Source: Paraspadella gotoi
Taxonomy: Eukaryota > Animalia > Chaetognatha
Assembly (NCBI GenBank): GCA_051294375.1
Contig: CM119270.1
Location: forward strand, 2,704,243 to 2,768,242
Direction: 5' to 3'
DNA: 64,000 nucleotides
Below the pieces are notes generated by a model. The model ran no database searches and was not told where the DNA came from. It worked only from the letters and a program-made list of their open reading frames with translations. The translations under genes were made by a program, and so were the position numbers. Of this stretch, positions 38,001 through 49,000 are shown piece by piece; the first letter of the stretch is position 1; every line of letters begins with the position of its first letter.

Positions 38001-41000
38001 CAGAGATCAAACGGAATGTGCCAGCCAAAAGAAGGTTATCCTCGTCAAGAGTGAAGATAATCCAGCGGACGTTTTTACTCGATTCATCAGATCGGGGTCA
38101 GGTGCCAGCTCTCGACACACCCTTCTTCCAGCGGGCCTTTGATGTGACCGGAAATTACGAAGCAGGTTTGCAGAAAACCTGTCGTAGCGAGCAGCAAAAA
38201 CCAGACACACCTGACGCTATTACGGAGAAACACTCCCCAACGACTAGTTAGTTGGCAAAGCGTTAGCGAAGAATGCCAAGCCTTCAGAGCGAAAAATTCT
38301 TTTCGAGTTCGTCGAGACAAAAATTCTTACAAAAGAAGGCCCAATATCGAAAAATTATATGGCAAGCCGAAGAACAAAGGATCCTGACACCTTTATTCGG
38401 ACCATATCAACAAAGACTGGAGCCCGGTCACCAGAATTTAGCAAACGCTCAGGACGTACGGGATAACCATAGTTATAGGATTGAAGATTCACCAGGAGAA
38501 CAGGTTTTTGCAAGTTTCGAGAGAATATATGCGTTCCCGCAGCAAACCAAGAAGGACACTAAAAATAGTTCCAGAACAATAACTGGGGACAAGTCAGCTT
38601 AGTCGATGATAGAACCGGACACACCGCTGCGACCCCGTCAACCTAGGACCATCCACAAATATTAAAATTGACTCTCTCAAATACCGGAACGGCAGGGGAC
38701 GGCCGAAAAGTTTTCAGGGCAGACACCGCACACATTGACCGAATCTCCACATGATTTCTAATATCCAATTGGAGCAGAGGCCACCGAAATCCACAACGCC
38801 GACTTGCCCAAACCTCTCACACCATAGAGGTTGTGGAAGCCCGCGCCAATCAACGAGCTCATGATAATAGACCTCGGGCCGCACGTCGATGCCACAAAGA
38901 AAGCCAGAGGTTGCCATGAGAAATTTACTGAACCGACAGGAAAGAACGGCCTGAACTCGTCCCGCTCCGCCCACCGCACAATAAAGAAATATGCAAAGTG
39001 AGGACGAATCTTTCAAACTAATCATCGACGCCATTAAAAGATAAAAGCGACCGCGAAAAAGGCGAGCAAGACTTAGACAAGAAAAATGCAAACGCAAAAC
39101 GATCACCGAAAAGTACTGTCAAATTGCCTAGGAGCGACCTGACATCCCGCCAACAGAGACCATCCATCATCATTAAATGGATTCAAGGCGGACACGCCTA
39201 CAAAAAAATTCTTCTACCCCACCCAAAAAGGCGGAAATCATTACAAAACGTTTCATGAACGATTTGGAACACCCAGGGCCGCGATCCAACAGCGTTCATC
39301 ACGCCAGTCTCAGTATATTCTCGCCCCTGGATTATCAGGCTGCTGCGCAGGCAAAATGCCTCAGAAATTGTGATAACTGCGCGCCAAAGCAAACAGACAC
39401 ACAAAGACTAATGAGAAACGCCGTCAGCCCCAAACTCGCCATCCGCCTTGGGAATCACTAAGCGCATTGAACTCATGCATCTCCCGCAGTTGCCGGATTA
39501 TAGTTACGTATTAGTAGCGTTCAGATAACGCATTCTGCCTACACCTGGGCAATCCCATTGCGTCGAGCGCTGATTGCTGCCCCAAATGTAAAGACCCTAG
39601 ACAAAAATCTTCTCCCAACACGGATCTTACATGGAAGTTGATTTTTGATGGGCAACAAACTAAACGGGGTCAAGCCATGAAATCGGATACTCGATCTACT
39701 CGATCCGTGGGCAGAGCGTCCGTAGGGCGAAAAGACATAATAGGCAGAGAGGGACATAAGGCCGATTCCGACCAAGTCTGCGCAAAGCTTGGAATGATTC
39801 AACCCAGCAATGGCTCGAAACAGTCATGCACACTTAATGCTGCTCCTCACGCGACCCCTTATAGTTGGTGGAGACGACATGTCGCCAATGAGATCCAGTT
39901 TTGCCACAGCCTATGAGAATTAGATAGAAAGCGCAGACGATAGTTCACAAAGAGAAACCTTATCGATTTCATCAGACAAAGGGCCGACAAATACAAGGAA
40001 AGGCCCAAGCCCAGCTTGGCCAGTAAAAGAACCAAAAACTCTACAAACAATCGGCCAGAAGGAATCATTTTTAAGAACCGGAAGAAATCAAGGTCGGTGA
40101 TTGTTCTTAGCCAGACGAGATCTGATAATGACTGGCACGCGACAACCGAAATAAAGTAAAAGGATATATTAGGCCCTCACAAGTTTATAGAAAGATGACG
40201 AAAATCACTACGCGTCTCTATAGCTGGTCGAAACCTGAAAATATCACAGACGTCGCCTCAAGAAAACACGAAAGAAGCCAGCGAACAAGGGTAATTTCCC
40301 TTCTCTTCATTGTAGATACAAAAGACCGTACTATTAGAAGTAGAATACAAAAAGACGCGGGCGAAAACCAAGAGGAAAGCCAGGAAATAAGTGATAAACA
40401 AAAGACTCAAACGACGCGAGACGGAGAGAGAAGAACAAAGCATCAACAGAAGAAGCCAAAAACAGAGAAAAGCGAGCGAGAGCCAAAGATATAAAAAGGG
40501 GACCAGAGAGACAGCAACTTCATTCGAGATATTTGCTCTCTCAAAACCCTACCTCTCTAGAAACAAAAAAATAATAAATTGAAATCTCTCTCTTTCTCTC
40601 TCGTCAAGAAGAAAAAGGAAAAAAAACTAAATCAAAGTCTTTTTAAAGACTAAGCCAAAAAGTCTTTTTTCAAGACTATTCTTAAAAGATCAAAGGAAAA
40701 TATAATACAAAAAGAGTCTTTTTAAAGACTAAGCCCAAAAAGTCTTTTTTCAAGACTATTTAAAAGATTCAAGGAAAACATTTATACATCAAAAAGTCTT
40801 TTTAAAAGACTAAGCCCAAAAGTCTTTTTTCAAGACTATCTAAAAGATCAAGGAAAACATTATAATCAAAAGCTTTTTAAGACTAAGCCCAAAGTCTTTT
40901 TTAAGACTATTCTAAAAAGATCGAGAAAGATATTAAAGCAAGATGAAATTTGTTGTCATCTTCGCCTGGGCCTCCCTCGCTCGTCACGAGAGCTCAGCAG

Positions 41001-44000
41001 ATTCAGAAAGGGGACAACAAACACAGACGTCATTACAAATATACATTTGCACAGACGTTAGATAACCACGCCCGCAAACTATGAGACGCCGCACCACTGC
41101 GATAAACATCAAACAAGTCATCAGAAGGAATCATGCGTGGCGAGCTAGTTTTATCTCCCGGAAAGAAGCATGAAGGAAAAGCAGCTGTTGATTTCACAAT
41201 ATGGCCTCCGGAAGGCGTGTGTGGAGTAGGTAGTCGATATACGCACATCTAACTGATTGGACCATTTTATCTCACAAAGAACCGCAATGCCAACCTCCAC
41301 AAGGGAGAAAGCATCTCCTGGAGAACATCGGCCAGTAAGATTGGAAATCGAGCTGGGACGATTTGGATGACCACAGAATCAAGGAGGAAAATCATGGATT
41401 AAATCAAGCTACTTACGAAGTGGCCGGCTGAGAGCGGACGGCTACTGTACCGGGAAAATTATCTTTCATAGATTATGCTACGATGTGAGCGTGCAAACAC
41501 TCGACATTTACACTTACCCTCTTGAGCAAAGATCCAGCTGTTCAACCTCAACAACATGCCAAACAACCGTTGTGACAGAGGCAGGTTCACAATCATCACC
41601 TACCCTCGGAGGATCCTGTCCTGGAGAATCCAACTTGTCGAGCATGATGCGGGCCTAAGCAGGACTCATAGCTCGCGCAGCCGACGGGTTCTCCGGAGCC
41701 AACCTCACTGGACGAAGATAAAGAGCAAGCATTAAAAGAAACTGCACCCTAGAACGAAACAACACCAATGTAATGAAAGTAGGGCAGTTAAGAAGATGCT
41801 TCAGCTGCTGGAAACAATGCCTACTTCCTTCGTACGACGGGATCAGCTGAGCAACTATGGGCTGCCGCACCCTTTGTGACGGACATGATCCTTTTAGCCT
41901 CCGCTGTGGATGGAAAACATAAAGATCGTACTCTGGTTGTGGACATCAGCGTCGAAGAACACAAGCTGCTCCTCACTTCTATATTCACAACACACGTCAC
42001 GCGTGGATCTCGCTTCCGACGAAGCTGTACCAGGCTTGCGGTAAGAAGGATCAAAGCTGGCGCTGGACAACCGGGAAGACTTGTGGCCCTCTCCCAAAGC
42101 GATAGCGAAAGAGATCTGCGACCTCAAGGTCCGCAGAGGCACAAGCAGCAGCATTCCGTCGCCACAACACCCATCCTCGCAACATTCTCTAAAAAGAGGG
42201 AATCGCATCCTAAGGAGGCGAATATTAGTCACAGCCAAATGCGAACCAGACACTGACTCGCTACAAATGCCGAAAAAACAAAGAGTTGTTACACGATCGT
42301 CCGCTTTAACTTTCAGAGGAAGGAGCATTCCGGCATGCATCACCATTCACGTGATACAATCATCGACAACGAGCCGAATGCTCACGCGCCGCCATCTACC
42401 TCATGGGTGGTGGATTTACCGGCACCATGGACGGCGAAAAAACACGACGATTATGTCCCTTAAGCAGCCAAATATCCCGGACATCCACGATCGAGTCTTC
42501 CGAGCAGCAACAAATATACCTCAAGGTCGGGGAATTCTTGCCGCGACACAACCCAAATATACCAAGACAACCAGCAGGAGCTCACAGACACGTGGAGAAT
42601 CGTAGAGGATCTCTCATAAACAATCTAGGAAAATCTTTGGAGATTACCAAGATGGGCTTGCTTGCCGATGCAACCCAATTCATACTTTCGTCACTATCGC
42701 CTACTAATTATAGGCATAGCTATCACCTGTACTGCTGCCCGCCTGCACGTCTCAGACGGGCACCACTGACAACGAGATGCTAGGCCTAGACAGGTTCAGA
42801 ACAGGATCTTCGTCCCTCCCTGCGGTTACAACTCCAAGCTACCGACTGACCGCGCTACGCTGTCGTCTGAGAAGGGGGGACGCATCGGCAGAGGAAATCA
42901 AGACGTCCAGAATCGAAATCGATCGGCGACGAGCAACTCCCGCCCGAAGTAGAACTGGAACATTTCCATTGGTTTGAAGACAATGGCATCGGGCACAATG
43001 GGATGGGCTTCTTTCCGGCTGATAAACTATTAACCATGCCTACGATCCGATTCAGGTATATAATAGGAACCCATTGTATTTGATTCACTCTGCTTCTTGT
43101 ATTGACACCGTCTTGTTATATTGTTATTCTGAAGAATAAAATCCACTTTGTTTCGCCTAGAAATCCTGTCTATTTTACTTATAATGAGAAAGAAAAAAAC
43201 AGATAAGAAGAAAAAAGAAAGAAAAAAAAAAGAAAGAAAAAAAGAAAGAAAAAAAAAAAAAAAGAAAGAAAAAAAAAAAAAAGAAAAAAGAAAAAAGAAA
43301 GAAAAAAAAAAAGAAAAGAAAAAAGAAAAAAAAAAAAGAAAGAAAAAAGAAAAAAAAAAAAAAGAAGAAAAAAAAGAAAGAAAAAAAGAAAGAAAAAAAG
43401 AAAAGGAAAAAAAAGAAAGAAAAAAAAAGAAAAGAAAAAAAAGAAAGAGAAAAAAGAAAAAAAAAAAAAAAAAAAGAAAGAAAAAGAAGAAAGAAAAAGA
43501 AAGAAAGAAAAAAAAAAAAAAAAAAGAAAGAAAAAAAAAAGAAGAAAAAAAAGAAAAGAAAAAAGAAAAAAAAAAGAAAGAAAAAAAAGAAAGAAAAAAG
43601 AAGAAAGAAAAAAAGAAAAAAAAAAGTGGGCAATAACAAATATCTTCCTCGTTTTCCGCCGCAGACCACAGATTTTTTTTTAAAAGTCGGGACCGACGGC
43701 GACCACGAAATACTTTCTGGTCTGTATGTCTGTCTTTCCATCTGACTGTCCGTCCGTCTTTACTTCTACCTCTTTGTTTGTCTCTCCGTCTGAACTCTGC
43801 GTCTGTCTTTCCATACGTATCATCGTCTGGCTTTTCTTCTTTCATTGCACGTCTGTATCTCAGTCCGTCTCTCCATATGTCTAATTGTCTATTCGTCCGT
43901 CTTGCGCATCGGAAGCATCCGTGATCTTGCTGTATTTTTATTTATATTTATTTATTATTTTATTTATTTTTATAATTAAATTAGTGAGAATATACCACCA

Positions 44001-46029
44001 ACGCCTCCAGCCGAATGTTTTTAAAACCCCCCACCTCTTTTTTTTTTTTGCCTTCAAGGTCGACTCAGTTTCGGTCTGGAGCAAATCTGGATTTCGGAAA
44101 TGATATATCTTCAGTCAAGAGTGGAGGAGGAGGAGGAGGAGGAGGAACGAGGAGCGGCTTGGGATCTCCTACGGTGGAGGAAGAGAAGAAGGAGATGCAG
44201 GGAGTGTTGAGGAAGTTGGAGGCACACCTCAAGGAGGTCGAGGGAAGTGTACAGAGTCTGACGGAGGAGAGAGATAAGGCGCAGGTGAGTTAATATAATA
44301 GAGAAATGAGTTTGCGTAAATGAATTAATGACTAAAATTAATGAATAAATTAATCAATGGATTAGTCAATGAATAAAATCAATGAATTAATGAATAACAG
44401 AAACAGGATCAAAAGCACCTTTGCAATTCATTTTGCGGGTATCAGATTAAAAAATAAAAGATTTCCAATGTACATATATGTAATAAGTTAAAATGTATTT
44501 GATTGATAGATTCATTGTTACCATCCTTATCTCCTTTTGATTTCTTTGCAGGAGAAATACTCGAAAGCTCAAGAAGAAATCGAGCAGCTCAAGCGGTCCT
44601 GCGGCGGCGGCGTCGGCGGGCGCGGCAGCCCCAACGGCCACGCCAACAACGGCCACGGCCCAAACGGCTCCAATGGAGGCGCCTCTCCGAAGAACAACGG
44701 CGCCTCTCCCAGCCCCAAAGGAACGGGCAGCCCGGGTCGCGAAGGCAGCCGGTCTACGGCGGGCAGCAGGGCCGCCTCGACGCAGGGCAGCCGCCGCGAC
44801 AGCTGCGGCTGCGGGAACGACTGCGTCTTGGGCGTCAGCGGCGTCTCCGCTGCTGCGTCGAGGGCGTCGGGAGTGGGGACGTCGCAGGCGGTGCTGAGGA
44901 AGGTGGAGTCGGAGAGGGACGAGGCGCTGCAGGTGAGGGATGATATTGGGAAAATAGGGTTCAGGTTTAGAGAGAGTCCTGAAAGAAGAGATCCTGGTTT
45001 TCCAGTGAGAAACCCTGAGCTGATTTTGAGTGAGTTCAAGTTTAAGTTCTACTCGCTAAACTCACCTCCTTGAAAGTCTTGTTCACAGATGAATACAGCT
45101 TGAATTGTGATCCTATCTTCGTCTACTACTTTTTTTCCAACCGACCGCTTTCGTTTTTCTACCACTTCGGGCCTCGGCCTTCCCAATTCCCCCCCCCCAT
45201 TAACTCAACCCCAACACCCTTAACTCCCCCTTCTTCTCTCCCCCCCCCTTAGGACCTTCGCCGCGTGACGTCGGAACGCGACAGTCTCCGGTCCCGCGTC
45301 AAAGCCGTCACGCGATCAAGCCTCTCTCGATCGCGCGAAACTCGAACAAAAGACAGAGGACATGAGACGCGAACTTACCGTGGCGCAGACCAAAGAGAGA
45401 GACCTTACTTCTCAGTCGACGCAGCTGAGCAAACAAGTGAACAGTCTCAAGGATAAGGTCAATCAACTCAATACGGGTCAGTTTCGTTGTCTGTTTGAGT
45501 TGGGGAAAAGAAGGAAATTGTGGGAGGGAAAGTTTTGCGAAAACTTAACTTACCTTTACCGTTTTGTTTCCTTTAATAGTGAAACAAGTTATTTTGCAAT
45601 TTTTATGAATTTAAAAAAATGAAATCGAAAGAGATATTAAAAAATAGATACAAAAAAGCGTATAAAGTACATTGCTCTTTGTCTCAACTGCCTTCTGTGG
45701 CGTCGTCTTCTTTGTCGTCGTCTTCGTCATTTGAGTCACGACACTTCATTAATTTAATTATTAATTTAGACCATAGATCGCGTGATCCATTGCCCTTCTT
45801 CACCCTTATCTTCTCACAGATCTGATCAAGACGCAAGAAGAAGCGATGAGACAAAAAGGGGAATGCGCTCGTCAACTCGCTCGCGCCGAAGAGTCGGAAC
45901 AGGGGGCGGAGCAGTTGAGGGGAAAGCTCAAGGTTTGTTAACAAGGGGCGAAGCATTTCAACAACGACGACGACGACAAGGACGAGCGATATTACATACT
46001 TTGTATCAGAATAAATGGTGGTTCTTTTC

Positions 46030-46067
<38 letters not shown>

Positions 46068-49000
46068 ATTTCTGTAATCCAATCCCCTTGGCGGGAAGAA
46101 ACTTTCGTGGATTCATTCGACATCGGTTCTACTCTCTATTCATCCATTCATATCTATTCGTATATTCATCCATTCATATCTATTCGTATATTCATCTCTT
46201 CATCAACACCCTCAGGCCCGCTCCGAGGAACTGGCCCAGGAATCCCAAAGGGCGACTCTCTTAGAGGAAGAACTGGCCGACCTCAAAAACTCCTCGGGTC
46301 AGATGGAGCACGACGTGAACCGGCTGGAGAATCAGCTGGAGGATCTGGAGGCGGAGCGGAAGAGGTTGGCCGAGGAGGCGGAGCGAAGGATGAACGACGC
46401 CGCCGACGCGGACGAGAAGTTGGAGGATCAGAGGAGGAGGATCGAGGAACTGGAGTCGCATATCGCGTCGACGGAGGAGCAGATGAACGGGGTAGAGGAG
46501 CGATTGGCGGCAAAGGACAAGGAGGTAAAGTGTCTTCCGTTGAAGTAGGATGGATTGGGGAAAAGGATTTTGGGGTAAGGGATTGCTTCTGGGCGAATTA
46601 GGAGTAAGGGTAGTTGACTTGGACGTAATAGAGATTATGGAAGAAAAGGGCTGTTTGTAGTCGTACTGTCGCTGCCGCTGCCGCTGACGCTGCCCCTGTT
46701 GCCGCGTTTACATCCTTATCCTTTCCCCAACCAATCTTCAGGCCAAATCCCTTCACTCCCAAATCGACACCCTCGAGGAAGAGTTGCACGCCACATCCGG
46801 GCGACTCGAGGCGTCCCTCTCCGCCGCCGAGAGACTCCAAGACGAGGCGGACAAATTGGCGGCGGAGGTCAGGGAGTTGGAAGAGGATGTGGATGTGTTG
46901 AGGGTGGAGAGAGACGAGCTGAAGGCGCAGGTGGGTTTCAGATCGGGAGGGTAAGGGTTTAATTAGAAAAGGGGAAAAAAAATAATTGCTGGGAAATTAC
47001 CTAAATAGTTAGTACTGGTGGCGCCATTCCGTTTCCCTTCAAAGTTATTCTATTAATAAATTTGGTGAAATTAATCTATGTTCCGAAGGTGTCAGCAAAG
47101 ATTGAGGCCAAAATTACAAAGTTCGTTCAAAAAACGTAGCTGAATTATAAAATTATACTGACTTTATGACTGGTTGTCCGGCCAAAATCTCTCAAAAACA
47201 ATGTACTGAGTTTCTCGAGCATTTATTGGCATAAAACGACAAGTATGTACGTCAGACTGGCCAAAAACGTAAACATTGCATTAGCGTCGCCATGGCAACG
47301 ACGACGGCCATTTTGTCGAGACTCCTTCGGCCCGAGCCGCAATGTCCGCCGTCCAACTGACAATCTTGACATTTTTCGTAGCATCCGCTTTCTTGTTTCG
47401 CTGTTAAAGTTAAAAGTTAAAAGTTACACTCGTTTCCGTTCAACACAACACAACCCTCTACCATTAATAATATACTATATAGTTTTTTTTCAGATTTAGA
47501 TTATCTAAAACCAAAATTAATGAGAAATAATAATAATAAAAATAACAAACGACGAGCCAGATTTCTCTACCCGGAAGAAAGCAACATCCCTCCGCGTAAA
47601 AAGTGACTTTTGAGTCTGGATCCAGCATCTCGCCCTTTGTCTTGCAATACCAGTTGGAAAAGCAATGGGCGGGGCCTTCTTTGGCCCCGTCGACGACGAC
47701 GACGACGACGAATGCGAGAACGGCGAAGATGAGAACCGAGTTTGACGGGATTCTTGATCGGATCATATGAAAAAAATTGATGAAAAAAAAAAATAATTAA
47801 AATAAAATATTTTAATGAAAAAAAGTGTGCTCTTCGAGGCTAAGCGAGGAAAGTAGTTAATTTTTTTTTGAAAATTTTAAAAGTTTTGGGAATTATTGAC
47901 GATTGAGATGTGACGAAAATGTCTCTACTTTTTCTTACATCGATTGTGAAGTTCACGCAATGAAATCCTCACCGCTTTCTCACTGTTTGGTTTCCGTTTT
48001 AATCTCAATCTTATTTACCATTTCAGCTGATTGCATTTCCAAAAATTACTTTATAAGATTGGTAAAACCAATATAATAATTAACCATTCATTAAATGAAT
48101 AAGCTATCTTGCCCCTGACTTTGTCGGGATTTTGTTGGTTTAAGGCCTCCATCACTCTTACAAGATAATGACATAGCAGGTCCCTGCAAGCTTTCAATCA
48201 AGACCCTCTCACAGTCTCGTTTATTCACTCCCAGAGTACCTGGCAAGCCTATCAATGGAGTCAATTATTCAATTATTTATTTCAAATCGATTGTGCGTTT
48301 ACTTTTTCATTCCATAACATTCCATACCATTTCATTTTCTGTTATATTCCATTCCATTCTCATTTCATTTTCTATTTGATTCTGTTCCAATCCTTTAATC
48401 TTTTCTCTTCAGGTCAACGAATGTGGAAACGAGATCGCTAAACTGGAGTCGTTGTTGTCGACGCGAGAGAGAGAGCGAGACGCTTTGCTGGAGCAGTACA
48501 GAGTCGCGTCGAGGGACGCGGAGAACTTTGAGGTAAAAGATGGGGTTGAACCGGGGCTGGTGTTGTTGTTGAAGGTTGTGTTGATTGTTGCCTTATTAAT
48601 TATTTTAATTATTTTTCCACTCCCCACGAAATCTCGTACCCCAACAAATTTCCTCCACCACCCCCGACACCCCCGCCACCTTTATTCTTCCATATTCACA
48701 TCTCAACTCCCGCTGTCACACCCTCTCGACCTCATCCCTAACACCCTCTCGACCTCATCCATAACACCCTCTCGACCTCATCCCTAACACCCTCTCGACC
48801 TCATCCATAACACCCTCTCGACTCATCCATACACCCTCTCGACCTCATCTCTAACACCCCATTACCCCCCCCAAAAAGGTCCGCGTTCACGAGTTGGAGT
48901 CACAACTCTCCAACCTTCGCTTGGAGACGGCGGCGCGCGACGCCGACGCAGCGCAGATGAAAGCGGCGCTCAAATGCGCGCAGCAGGAGGGCGCCGAGTT

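Larger units (their letters stand above)
32919..43183 (+). mobile_element. Ty3/Gypsy LTR retrotransposon with gag, pol and env-like region, in CEP135-like intron 5 (sense orientation)
   Basis: ~300-bp direct repeats at both ends, PBS, PPT and the order PR-RT-RH-INT. All frames are broken by frequent 1-bp indels. Confidence 0.9.

Noticed and set aside
43030-43845. Long poly-K/E and poly-F/S ORFs (also at 32585, 28834, 61606 and others)
   Set aside because: Translations of microsatellites that lack stop codons.
47286-47299. RFX X-box-like motif GTCGCCATGGCAAC inside a centriole gene
   Set aside because: It falls in the V-A-M-A-T codons of the nested antisense gene and far from the host promoter. 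Coding coincidence is enough to explain it, though dual use is not excluded.
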